The notes: generated by a model from the letters alone, not told the origin. DNA of 64,000 bases from a virus (IMGVR_UViG_3300030097_000310:2760-66759), one strand, 5' to 3'. Shown: positions 27,524 through 36,138, numbered from the stretch's first letter. A program made the numbers and translations.

Positions 27524-28174
27524 ATGCTAGCAGAACACATCGAACAGAGCTACGCGCCGCGCACCGAGCCCGGCGACGTTCCTGACGTGCCCGTAACGAC
27601 GTGGACGCCTTGGGGCAACGTCACGCCGCCGGCGAATGACAACCACGCCTCGCCGCACCTTGTGGCGTTTACCGGTCTTGCAGGCAGCGGCAAGACGACT
27701 GCTGCCGATTACCTGGTCTCGCGCGGCTACACTCGCGTCAAGTTCGCCGGCCCGCTGAAGGACATGATGCGCGCCATTGGGTTTGGCGATCGTGAAATCG
27801 AGGGAGACCTTAAGGAGAAGCCGCACGGCTTGCTTTGCGGCAAGACTCCCCGGTACGCCATGCAGACCCTCGGCTGTGAGTGGGGGCGCGATCTAATCGG
27901 GCCGGATTTCTGGACGCGCCTGTGGCGCAACACGGCCAGCGAGATTATCGACTCCGGCGGCCGCGTTGTAACTGACGACTGCCGCTTTCCGAACGAAGCG
28001 TCTGCCGTGCGATCGCTTGGCGGCTACATCTACCGCATTGACGGCCGCGGCGGCATTGGTGGCGCTCATGCGTCGGAGCGCATGGATATAGAGCCGGACG
28101 AGTACATTCAGAACGACGGCGCCATCAGTGAGCTATACGGGCGCATTGACGCGGCAGTTGGGTGGGCCGCCTAG
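27524..28174 (+). CDS. Deoxynucleoside monophosphate kinase
   Basis: GLAGSGKTT, FAGPLK, TPRYAMQTLGCEWGR, DDCRFPNE. Confidence 0.9.
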   Translation: MLAEHIEQSYAPRTEPGDVPDVPVTTWTPWGNVTPPANDNHASPHLVAFTGLAGSGKTTAADYLVSRGYTRVKFAGPLKDMMRAIGFGDREIEGDLKEKPHGLLCGKTPRYAMQTLGCEWGRDLIGPDFWTRLWRNTASEIIDSGGRVVTDDCRFPNEASAVRSLGGYIYRIDGRGGIGGAHASERMDIEPDEYIQNDGAISELYGRIDAAVGWAA

Positions 28175-28185
28175 CAACCATCACC

Positions 28186-28226
28186 AAAACAAAAAAGCCC
28201 GCGTCTTGTGCGCGGGTTTTATTTTG
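28186..28226. terminator. Bidirectional terminator between converging operons
   Basis: A tract, CCCGCG stem, T tract. Confidence 0.85.
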
Positions 28227-28539
28227 TCTTGAGTTTGGCGACGGCATCCTTGCCGGCATCTCGGGCATTCTGGATTTCCGTTTCGCTAAGATCCGCGGCG
28301 CGCTTGAACGAAGTATCGCGCGGCCACGCCTGCGGTGTAATAGCTTCCCATTTTTCGCCTGAGAATGTACCAGGAAACAACCGCTCGATTTCCTTCTGCG
28401 ACTCGCGCATAAGGGTTAGCAGCGCCGTTGCGCGCTTGGCGTCACCGACCAAAGCGGCCTTGCGCTCAGCTTCTTCGGCTTCGCGCAGTTGCTTTTCAAG
28501 CGTTGCGATCTGTTCGCGGATTTCGTTGGGTGTAGGCAT
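28219..28539 (-). CDS. Moron: helical hypothetical protein with own promoter
   Basis: AAGGAG RBS; TTGCCT-N17-TATAGC at 28591-28563 with no operator. Confidence 0.7.
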   Translation of the reverse strand: MPTPNEIREQIATLEKQLREAEEAERKAALVGDAKRATALLTLMRESQKEIERLFPGTFSGEKWEAITPQAWPRDTSFKRAADLSETEIQNARDAGKDAVAKLKTK

Positions 28540-28698
28540 TTAGCGACTCCTTGTGCGGAGCCGCTATAGCGCGCTTGCCGGCGCTAGGCAATATATGCTA
28601 GATGAGCGTACGGCCAACGACCACTAACCAGCATGCTGCTAGAAACACTAGCACGCTAACTGTTGTCCAGTTCCAGTGTTGTGATTTGGTTTGGTGCG

Positions 28699-29010
28699 TC
28701 ATTGTGCCCTCGCTTTCGAGAGTGCCAAGACATTCGCGATGGCTCCGCCGTTATACGGCTCAAGCGCCTCCTTGAATGCCTGCTCGTTGGTAAAGTCGGG
28801 GAACCCACCCCATTCGTAAGCCACGGCCACCGCGTTGCCCTGCTGGACGCCCGCATCAAACGCCTCGCGTAGGGCGTTATCGATGGCAGCCTTCACCTCG
28901 CGAAAGGCTTGGATTTCAGCGAGAGCGCAGCGGAGTTCTTCGACGCTCGGCGCATCATAAACATCCGGCGATCCTGTGTAGGCAATCAGCCTGTCGAGAT
29001 GATCACTCAT
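28699..29010 (-). CDS. Hypothetical protein
   Basis: Coupled ORF in leftward operon. Confidence 0.55.
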   Translation of the reverse strand: MSDHLDRLIAYTGSPDVYDAPSVEELRCALAEIQAFREVKAAIDNALREAFDAGVQQGNAVAVAYEWGGFPDFTNEQAFKEALEPYNGGAIANVLALSKARAQ

Positions 29011-29303
29011 GGCTCGCCCCTCGCTATTGCAAGTGCAATCTCAACGGTATGTGTCTGAATGCGCGCCTGCCTCAAAAACATCAGAGTGCTTTCGACGGAA
29101 TAGTTCCCGTGCCTTTCTATGCCCTTGATCAGGTTGTCGATGATCTCCGCGCATTCGCTGGCATCTTCCAGCGCCTCATACATCTCCACCGCAGCCTGTC
29201 CGAACCGTTCGTTCAGAACCTCGTCGATGCGGTCGCCGTCATCGTCTTCATGCCAGCCATGATCGCGGGCTACTTCGCTTCTCATTTGTGCAAGGCTGGT
29301 CAT
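29007..29303 (-). CDS. Hypothetical protein
   Basis: ATGA-coupled start MTSLAQMR; the 29630 start is unlikely. Confidence 0.55.
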   Translation of the reverse strand: MTSLAQMRSEVARDHGWHEDDDGDRIDEVLNERFGQAAVEMYEALEDASECAEIIDNLIKGIERHGNYSVESTLMFLRQARIQTHTVEIALAIARGEP

Positions 29304-29482
29304 TGCGGCAACTCCGCTTTCCATGTCGCGCCACAATCCTTGCAGCGGTATTTCTGGATATCGCCGCCCGGCCAGCCATCGATTTGGTCGCCGACTTCCT
29401 CGACATTCGTATGCCGGACAGGAGTGCCGTATTCGGGCTTCCAAGGGTTTTCGGGCGTGCAGGTGTACGGTTCGGTCATCAC
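29300..29482 (-). CDS. Small CxxC protein
   Basis: YRCKDCG; coupled overlaps. Confidence 0.6.
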   Translation of the reverse strand: MMTEPYTCTPENPWKPEYGTPVRHTNVEEVGDQIDGWPGGDIQKYRCKDCGATWKAELPQ

Positions 29483-29688
29483 CAGCCTCCCCCGTAATAA
29501 TCATCGACGGCGCGGTGCGCTTCCTCGCGGTCTTCCTCGAAAGCGTCTCGTGCGGCTCTTTCGCATTCGCGCGATCCGCAGGTATCCATGCGGTCGTAAA
29601 ACCGGTTCTCAATGAACCCCATGTCTGCACCGCAATTCCAGCAATGCCTGACTTTCCCCGGCTTCAGTTCTGTCTCTCTCGTGTTCAT
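29479..29688 (-). CDS. Small Cys-rich protein
   Basis: CWNCG..CGSREC. Confidence 0.6.
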   Translation of the reverse strand: MNTRETELKPGKVRHCWNCGADMGFIENRFYDRMDTCGSRECERAARDAFEEDREEAHRAVDDYYGGGW

Positions 29689-30041
29689 TGAGATTCTCCA
29701 CGTGCTTTGGCGAGAATGGCGTTGAAGCGCGGGTTGTTGTAGAGTTCGCCGGAGGCGTCCACTTCGTAGGCTTCAAGCTCGTCAATCGCTTCGACAAGAG
29801 CCGCGTAAAGCTCGGGTGCCGCAGCGATGAGGTGGGCGTTGGCCTCCTGCCGGCCCTTAATGGTCGCGTAAGTTGTGCCATCGTAGTTTTGCGTCGTAAT
29901 CGCTATCGACTGTGGGACTTTCATCGCGTCGAAGTCATACGTCTCCGAAGCCGAGTGAATGCGAAAACCGCTCCATTCTCGTGATGTGCTTTGCTCCACG
30001 AACCACGGTCCCGGCGTCCATTTCGTCTCTCTCGTGTTCAT
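29685..30041 (-). CDS. Hypothetical protein
   Basis: KWTPGPW...ANAHLIAAAPEL, a common phage pattern. Confidence 0.7.
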   Translation of the reverse strand: MNTRETKWTPGPWFVEQSTSREWSGFRIHSASETYDFDAMKVPQSIAITTQNYDGTTYATIKGRQEANAHLIAAAPELYAALVEAIDELEAYEVDASGELYNNPRFNAILAKARGESQ

Positions 30042-30065
30042 AGTCTGCGCTCCAGTGAGAGGGGG

Positions 30066-30305
30066 TTAGGCTGCGTTCCAATTGAAATCACCGCCGTCCT
30101 CGGCATTCACTTCAACCGGCTCAAAGAACGATAGCGGGTGAATAAATGCCTCGGTGTTACGGGCGTCATCTGCGCTTCTGAAAAGCGCCCTTTCGGTAGT
30201 TTCGCCGGTGCAGCACGGCCCGATGACGGTCGCAAACCGAAACCAAACGTCTTTCCCTTGTCGCTTGCTTGCCAACATTTCCTTGAGTGCGAATGCCGTC
30301 GTCAT
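30066..30305 (-). CDS. Hypothetical protein
   Basis: GGAG RBS; ends NWNAA. Confidence 0.55.
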   Translation of the reverse strand: MTTAFALKEMLASKRQGKDVWFRFATVIGPCCTGETTERALFRSADDARNTEAFIHPLSFFEPVEVNAEDGGDFNWNAA

Positions 30306-30328
30306 GGTTCAGTCTCCCGTTGTGAGTG

Positions 30329-30574
30329 TTAGGCGGCAGGCTTCCTGCCATCATTGGAAGCAGCCTTTGCCCTAAGCCGGTCTGCTTCGCGTGGGTCGCG
30401 TACAATCGTCCCCATTGGCGGGTTCATGTTGATCATGACTGTTGAGACAAGGTTCCCGACAACAAACTGATACATGTCGGAGTTTCCCACTCGGATGCCT
30501 TCGCCAGCCCTTGCTCTGTCAGCGAGTTGTTGCGCCATCTTTGGCGGGATTTCCTGCGCGGTTTTTGAACTCAT
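30329..30574 (-). CDS. Hypothetical protein
   Basis: GGGAG RBS; ends ASNDGRKPAA. Confidence 0.6.
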   Translation of the reverse strand: MSSKTAQEIPPKMAQQLADRARAGEGIRVGNSDMYQFVVGNLVSTVMINMNPPMGTIVRDPREADRLRAKAASNDGRKPAA

Positions 30575-30626
30575 TTCGGTATCTCCCGTGTTCGAGGAGA
30601 CGGCTCAGGCCGTCGGTGGAATGAGG

Positions 30627-30932
30627 TTAAGCTGCTTCGTTGATGTGAAATTGTTCGCGATAGGCGCGCCTCAATGAACGCAGACGGGAGCACGCTTCGT
30701 CGGCAGTGATGTGCTCGCTCAAAAGGTACTCGTAGCTCTCCATGATGCTGACGGCGGCTAGCTTGTCTTTCTCGTTCGGAGTGCCCCAAACGAACCGCCA
30801 CCCAAGGCTTCCATTCCCGTCTGGATCACCGCGCGGGATACTCATCTGGAAAGACAATCTGCTGTCATGTTCGTTGAACAAGACCGCTGTAGAATTGCTC
30901 ATCACTAGATTGCGCGTTGTATGGGACATCAT
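30627..30932 (-). CDS. Hypothetical protein
   Basis: AGGAG RBS; first gene after promoter at 31006. Confidence 0.6.
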   Translation of the reverse strand: MMSHTTRNLVMSNSTAVLFNEHDSRLSFQMSIPRGDPDGNGSLGWRFVWGTPNEKDKLAAVSIMESYEYLLSEHITADEACSRLRSLRRAYREQFHINEAA

Positions 30933-30977
30933 CCATCTCCTAAAGGGTTGCCCTGGGGGCGCGTTGGTGGTCGTATT

Positions 30978-31006
30978 AAACTATGCGAAAACGCCTAAAC
31001 CGTCAA
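30978..31006 (-). promoter_or_regulatory. Leftward promoter with operator 30982-30997
   Basis: TTGACG-N17-TAGTTT with upstream T tract. Confidence 0.85.
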
Positions 31007-31144
31007 CAAAAAAAATGCGAATGCGCATATTTAACTCAATTCCATACAGCAAAGCGCATTTTACAAATTTCGTGTAAGCACCTGTAATTATTAGGCCGGA
31101 AATCAATTCACTTTACAGCTAAGTCATTGAAAACATGGGGTTTA

Positions 31145-31196
31145 CAGCTGACTCTTAATCAGCGGGTCCACGGTTCGAGCCCGTGCTCACCCACCA
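31145..31196 (+). other. attP: attP core: 3' half of tRNA-Lys(CTT)
   Basis: CTGA-CTCTTAA-TCAG anticodon arm, CACGG-TTCGAGC-CCGTG T arm, CTCACCC-ACCA; no D arm or 5' strand; IHF-like AATCAAtaggTTA just downstream. Confidence 0.9.
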
Positions 31197-31210
31197 ATAA
31201 AATCAATAGG

Positions 31211-31651
31211 TTAGCCGTTTTTGGCGATACCTGGCGCATTGCGTTTTACAGGCGTTTTACAGTTTCTGTTCTGGTTGGGTTCCGTAGCACGAATCTCAGC
31301 CAGTAGGGCGCGCGTATTCTCAACGGAAAGAACTGGCGTCGGCGAGCCGTAGACCGAGTACACTTCGCCATCGAATAGTTCGTAGATCGGACAGGCCGCC
31401 GCCTGTGCCGCGTCTATCTCCTTTCCGACTCCCGCGCCAATTGCTCCGCCCGGGAATCGCATAAAAATTAGCGCATCACAGGACGCGGCCAGCCTTTCAA
31501 AGTAGACCATACCTTCTTCGTCATAGCCAGCCTGATGATGCGGCTGGTTTGGATTTTCTACCGTCCATCCTTCTGCCTCGATGGCTGCCACCGCACCACG
31601 CTCTCGCTCGGTTCCGTAGTCCGTAACCGGATGTGCGAAATATATTCTCAC
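31211..31651 (-). CDS. Nucleoside 2-deoxyribosyltransferase / N-glycosidase-like protein
   Basis: RIYFAHP, ENP, CDALIF, GAGVGKEIDAA. Confidence 0.65.
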   Translation of the reverse strand: MRIYFAHPVTDYGTERERGAVAAIEAEGWTVENPNQPHHQAGYDEEGMVYFERLAASCDALIFMRFPGGAIGAGVGKEIDAAQAAACPIYELFDGEVYSVYGSPTPVLSVENTRALLAEIRATEPNQNRNCKTPVKRNAPGIAKNG

Positions 31652-32415
31652 GCTGCCTTCTCCATCGGTTCGTTGTCGTTGTCAGCCAACGCGCACAGGA
31701 AGTCGCAGGCCGGAATGATTGGATTCGTCATCGGCCAATCGTCTGGTATCTCGTCAATGAACATGCGCTCGCCTTTTATGCGCGTCAGTCTGGCGCCAAT
31801 TTCACGTGCGTAGGCTGCAGTTCGCGCGAAATTCTCAGGGAAGTGGTGACGATATAGTGACCAATAGTCCGGGCTAGTCGCCTTGACGCATCCAGTCTGG
31901 AGGCAATTGGCGTTTGGAAATCCCATGGCGTAGGAGCGCGGCAACTCAAGCCCTGACTTTTGCACGATTGCAAGGCTTGCAGCTTTTGTTATACCGGCAT
32001 CGATAAGCGGCGCGCGGACGGTCAACTCAAAATAGTTTTCCTTAAGCCTCTCGAAGCGGTCTACGTCTTCGCGATCAGCCGTGTAGCCAAAAACGTGAAT
32101 GTCTGTCGGGCGCTGAAATTCAATTCTAGGGGCAATCTTCATTGCAGATGTGCATGGCGCACCTGCAATACCAGACATGTAACGGCGCTTTTGCCAAACT
32201 TCCCAAACGTCACTGAATTCTGTGGAGCGAAGCAGCGTGACGGACGTATTAAGCCGCCGCATTGCATCTGCCTCAAAACGATAGTTATCCGGATCCTCGT
32301 TGCCAGTCTCACATCGCGCAACGATTGCTTCCGGGTTGTCGCGCAGTGTCAACTGTGCGGCCACGAAACTCGCGGCGCCCGTTGACCACCATATTAGCGT
32401 ACGTCTGTCGGTCAT
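31648..32415 (-). CDS. PAPS-reductase-like adenine nucleotide alpha-hydrolase
   Basis: WWSTGAAS PP-loop variant, CTSAMK, HVFGYT, PLID, GFPNANC..GCVK. Confidence 0.75.
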   Translation of the reverse strand: MTDRRTLIWWSTGAASFVAAQLTLRDNPEAIVARCETGNEDPDNYRFEADAMRRLNTSVTLLRSTEFSDVWEVWQKRRYMSGIAGAPCTSAMKIAPRIEFQRPTDIHVFGYTADREDVDRFERLKENYFELTVRAPLIDAGITKAASLAIVQKSGLELPRSYAMGFPNANCLQTGCVKATSPDYWSLYRHHFPENFARTAAYAREIGARLTRIKGERMFIDEIPDDWPMTNPIIPACDFLCALADNDNEPMEKAA

Positions 32416-32681
32416 TGCTTTTCAACGCGGGACTCGCGATCCACCAGTGCGCGCTTAACTCTATCTTCATCAGCCGACCATCCGCACTCTTCGCAATCAA
32501 ATCCAAAGACGTGGTACTCAAAGCGACCACAGGTATGACACTGCCACGCCGCTGTATTTAGATCTGCAATATCAAAATAAACGTCTTCGTCAGTTGCAAT
32601 GAAAGTAGGCCCGTGGTCCTCGCCAGTCATCTGAAAAAGATACTCGCTATCAAGTATGAGTGCCTTGACGATATCGTTCAT
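32412..32681 (-). CDS. Small zinc-finger protein
   Basis: CHTCG..CEECG. Confidence 0.6.
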   Translation of the reverse strand: MNDIVKALILDSEYLFQMTGEDHGPTFIATDEDVYFDIADLNTAAWQCHTCGRFEYHVFGFDCEECGWSADEDRVKRALVDRESRVEKQ

Positions 32682-32914
32682 TGCGTCGCCCTCTCATACG
32701 CCGCACGAGCGTTGCGAAAATCATCATCTGACAGGACTGCGCGATTGAACGAATTCGGACCCGTGCAAGGAGCCTGCGCGAACGGCTTTAATGCGGCCAG
32801 CAATAGCTCAATAACGTCCGCCGCGTCAGGCGCAACTTCATCGACGATCTGATCCGCTATTTGGCTATACGCAATCTCGCTCGAGAGGCCGCGCAGTCTG
32901 TCGCAAATGTTCAT
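32678..32914 (-). CDS. Hypothetical protein
   Basis: LLAALKPFA..DFRNARAAY phage pattern. Confidence 0.6.
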   Translation of the reverse strand: MNICDRLRGLSSEIAYSQIADQIVDEVAPDAADVIELLLAALKPFAQAPCTGPNSFNRAVLSDDDFRNARAAYERATQ

Positions 32915-33022
32915 TGCATTTCTCCAATCGGCTATTAAGTGCCGCTTATGATGCCTAATGCGTAATTAGCGGTCATATTTGGCCGCTAGTGGATGTCCGG
33001 AATTTGTATACAAACTTCGGAC

Positions 33023-33232
33023 TCACTCCTTTGCCTTGCTCTTCGTTCCGCTTACCGGCGCGCTAATTGGCCTGTACAGCGCCAAGATCCAATCGTTGTC
33101 GTAACGCTTACGGCACCGCTCGAGGATTTTCTCCTCGTCGCCAACGCCGTATAGCGTCGTGTTGCCGAGCGGTAATTCGATATCGTCTGTCGCCGTGTTG
33201 TGAGCGACGATGATAAGGTGACTGCTGCTCAT
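33023..33232 (-). CDS. Hypothetical protein
   Basis: ATGA coupled to denV-like gene. Confidence 0.5.
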   Translation of the reverse strand: MSSSHLIIVAHNTATDDIELPLGNTTLYGVGDEEKILERCRKRYDNDWILALYRPISAPVSGTKSKAKE

Positions 33233-33591
33233 TTTGGTAGCCTCTCCATAATGCGCGCCCTATTCAGCGCCAGCGCCTCGTCTGTCGGTTGCCAGTCGCC
33301 GCACCACTCGGTAGGAAAGCCCGCCAAGCTTGGCGCACCGTATTGCGGAGCGTAGCCACGACGCTTCATTTCATCGATCAACGCAGCCTGGCGGCGCGCA
33401 AGCCACGCAAGGCGCGTGTAGAAGAACCTAACGTGGTCAGCGCCAAGGCGGTACGTGTCCATAACCGCCGGCTGCTCGCCGCGTGCGATCGCAGCACGCA
33501 CAAGGCCGAAGATCCGCGGTAGCTCGCGGTACTCGGCAACAAGGTGCTTGCCGGTTAGCTCTGCCGGCGGAACGCAGTTGATGCGGGTCAT
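33229..33591 (-). CDS. denV: Pyrimidine-dimer DNA glycosylase / endonuclease V
   Basis: MTRINCV..ELTGKHLVAEYRELPRIF closely follows the T4 DenV N-terminus; YRLGADHVRFFY. Confidence 0.92.
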   Translation of the reverse strand: MTRINCVPPAELTGKHLVAEYRELPRIFGLVRAAIARGEQPAVMDTYRLGADHVRFFYTRLAWLARRQAALIDEMKRRGYAPQYGAPSLAGFPTEWCGDWQPTDEALALNRARIMERLPK

Positions 33592-33601
33592 TGGTTGGCC
33601 T

Positions 33602-33895
33602 TTAGATTCTGCGTCCTGCCCTATATGCGTCTAGAACTATATTTGCAGCCTCCTCCTCGAACTTTCGCCAATGATCTTCAAAGTCAGTTGTACGCACAAT
33701 GCGTTTTGTTCCATCGTCTAGAATATCAACTTCAGCTTCCGCGCACATTGCTCTTGAGGCCAGCTGCTTGTCATAAAGCGGCATCATTGCCTCCGGACCA
33801 AACTCGCCAGTCACTGCTGCCGCTTTGGCGGCAACCGGAACAGTTGCGGCAATAGGTGCCAATCCAATGGCGGCTAGAAATTTTCTACGGTTCAT
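33602..33895 (-). CDS. Small protein with twin-arginine signal
   Basis: AAGGAG RBS; MNRRKFLAAIGLAPIAATVPVAAKAA. Confidence 0.65.
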   Translation of the reverse strand: MNRRKFLAAIGLAPIAATVPVAAKAAAVTGEFGPEAMMPLYDKQLASRAMCAEAEVDILDDGTKRIVRTTDFEDHWRKFEEEAANIVLDAYRAGRRI

Positions 33896-33917
33896 TGTTG
33901 GTCTCCTTGTTGTGCCG

Positions 33918-35909
33918 CTAAGCGGCGGTTGGTTGCGGCTTTTGTTTGCGGTCGCTATCTGGCGGCCAAGCATCTGGTGGTATTCGAATTTTTGCATTTT
34001 CTCGAACCCACTCCAATGCGCTTGGAACGTGAACCATCCTATTCTTATCGAGTGGCATTCCACGCGCAGCCCATGAATACGCCATACCTTTATTTGCCTT
34101 TAGTCTTTTTTCAAAGCTTCTCTGTGTTTCTGTTAAGTCGTTTACTTTTATTAATGTCCTTGTGTTTGCCTCAACCCAATCAATAGCGTCATCAATGATG
34201 ATGTTCCCATCGCAATCGTTTGGTAAGCCGTTCCTGCACCACAGAGTCACAGATGCGAATGAGACTCCGATCCGTCGAGCAAAATCAGCCTTTATTTCAC
34301 TTCCATTAGCTACTCGTTTCTTTTCTTTTTTCTTTGTCTTCGGTTTAGCGATTTTATTACTTCGCATTGAGTTTACTACGTCAAGAGCCTTTTCTATATG
34401 GATCCACCCGTTTTTCGCACACGGAATTACTCCACTCAAGGCCCAAAGTCTTACCTGTGAATTATATGTTCCAATTCTTCGCGCGAATGCCTTTTGGCTT
34501 TCATATTCTGAAGGATCATCAACAAAAAGTGGGCGCATATTTCTTGGCGGGTTTTCTTTTAACCACTCTTTCGCATCTTCTATTGGGACATATCCATCAC
34601 AAAGAGGCATACCTTTAGAAATCCAACGATTCATGGCGAATCTGGCGCACCCTATACGCCTAGAGAATGCCTCTCTAGTCTCGCAGCCGGACGGAACTGC
34701 GCGGCGCAACTCAGTGAGTTTCCCGTCGCATTCACCAATCTCGCTCCCAGTCGGGAACTCATAACCGCACTCACACACAGGCTCGCGCTCGACGCGAACC
34801 TCCTTGCATTCAGGACAGCGGCGCGGACCGTGCTTGCGACCAGCCAATCTTCGTTGACGTGCGCCGCCGTCCAGCGACCATTCAATCGGCAAGTCAAACC
34901 AATCGTGGTCAAGCCACAAGCCCGCGTGGTCGAATATCAACGCCTCGCACTTGCCTTCCGCCGTGCGGAGCGCGCGTCCAATCATCTGCAAAAACAGCGC
35001 CAGGCTCTTCGTCGGGCGGAGCAGGATAACAACGTCGATTGCTGGAAGGTCGAAGCCTTCCGTGAACACCTCGACGTTGGACAGTACCTTAATGTTGCCT
35101 GACGCCAGTGCATCAACAGACGCGTCTCGTTCATCAGTAGGCGTGGTTCCGTCAACGTGTGCTGCCGGTATGCCTTCGGAATTAAACCGATCGACTAGCG
35201 CCTTGCTGGCGTCAACGCTGGCACAAAACACTAGCGCGCGCTTGCCGTCCGCGTTCTTGCGATACTCGGCAATAGCATCACCAATCAGGACCGGCGTATT
35301 CATTACCTTGTCCAGGTCGCCCTTTTTATAATCGCCCGCCTGCATCTTGGCGCTAGCCAAGTCTGGGTCGCTCGGCGCGAAGTATCGGAAGTCGGAAAGA
35401 TATCCGCCGTCAATAAGTTCGCGCGTGGACGGGCCGACAACCAACTCACCGAACCACTCCGAAAGGCCCTTGCCGTCAAAGCGCTCTGGCGTTGCGGTAA
35501 GCCCAAGGTTCTGCGCGCCGTTAAGTTGTTCACGGATCGCAGACCATGACTTTGCCGCAACGTGGTGGCACTCGTCCCATATCGCTAGCGACGGAAGCGG
35601 CAAGTCATTAATGCGCCTAGTAAGCGTAGCGACGGAAACAATCTGCACAGGCTTATCGTATTCAGGCTTACCGCGCGGCGACACGATTCCAAAATCAATC
35701 CCCGCGGCGGTGAAGGCTTTTGCGGCCTGCCGTTCGATCTCCTGCCTGTGGCATATGAACCACACGGGCTTTTTATGCTGCTTGACAATCTCGGTTGCGG
35801 TTCTCGTCTTGCCAGCGCCAGTTGGCATCTGCATTACTGCACTGCCGTGGATTGTTAGCGCCTGTATGGCACTTTCAATTGCAGCAGTCTGATATGGCCT
35901 CAATTTCAT
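33918..35909 (-). CDS. SF2 (DEAD/H) helicase with zinc ribbon and four C-terminal HTH-like repeats
   Basis: MPTGAGKT, DECHH, GLTATP, EGFD, QMIGR, CPEC..CECG; GGAGG RBS favours ATG 35909. Confidence 0.9.
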   Translation of the reverse strand: MKLRPYQTAAIESAIQALTIHGSAVMQMPTGAGKTRTATEIVKQHKKPVWFICHRQEIERQAAKAFTAAGIDFGIVSPRGKPEYDKPVQIVSVATLTRRINDLPLPSLAIWDECHHVAAKSWSAIREQLNGAQNLGLTATPERFDGKGLSEWFGELVVGPSTRELIDGGYLSDFRYFAPSDPDLASAKMQAGDYKKGDLDKVMNTPVLIGDAIAEYRKNADGKRALVFCASVDASKALVDRFNSEGIPAAHVDGTTPTDERDASVDALASGNIKVLSNVEVFTEGFDLPAIDVVILLRPTKSLALFLQMIGRALRTAEGKCEALIFDHAGLWLDHDWFDLPIEWSLDGGARQRRLAGRKHGPRRCPECKEVRVEREPVCECGYEFPTGSEIGECDGKLTELRRAVPSGCETREAFSRRIGCARFAMNRWISKGMPLCDGYVPIEDAKEWLKENPPRNMRPLFVDDPSEYESQKAFARRIGTYNSQVRLWALSGVIPCAKNGWIHIEKALDVVNSMRSNKIAKPKTKKKEKKRVANGSEIKADFARRIGVSFASVTLWCRNGLPNDCDGNIIIDDAIDWVEANTRTLIKVNDLTETQRSFEKRLKANKGMAYSWAARGMPLDKNRMVHVPSALEWVRENAKIRIPPDAWPPDSDRKQKPQPTAA

Positions 35910-35931
35910 ACGCGCCTCCATGGATTTTCCA

Positions 35932-35960
35932 TCAATATGCGAAAACGCCTAACGACGCAA
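35932..35960 (-). promoter_or_regulatory. Leftward promoter with operator 35936-35951
   Basis: TTGCGT-N17-TATTGA with upstream T tract. Confidence 0.8.
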
Positions 35961-35979
35961 CAAAAAAATGCGCGTGCGC

Positions 35980-36135
35980 CTAATCTTTGTCTAACACTTC
36001 GTTGACGCGCTGTTTCACAAATTCGTCAGCGCAATGGCGCAGCCGCCTAACGGACTCCATGTCTTTTTCAAACTGCTCCTTGCTTACGCCTAGTTGCTTC
36101 AGCATTGCGTCTCTTTTTTCTTCACGTGTTTTCAT
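35980..36135 (-). CDS. Small hypothetical protein
   Basis: MKTREEKRDAMLKQLG... 51 aa directly after the integrase stop. Confidence 0.45.
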   Translation of the reverse strand: MKTREEKRDAMLKQLGVSKEQFEKDMESVRRLRHCADEFVKQRVNEVLDKD

Positions 36136-36138
36136 AAC

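Noticed and set aside
31145-31196. Complete tRNA-Lys gene
   Set aside because: No 5' acceptor strand or D arm upstream; it is an att core
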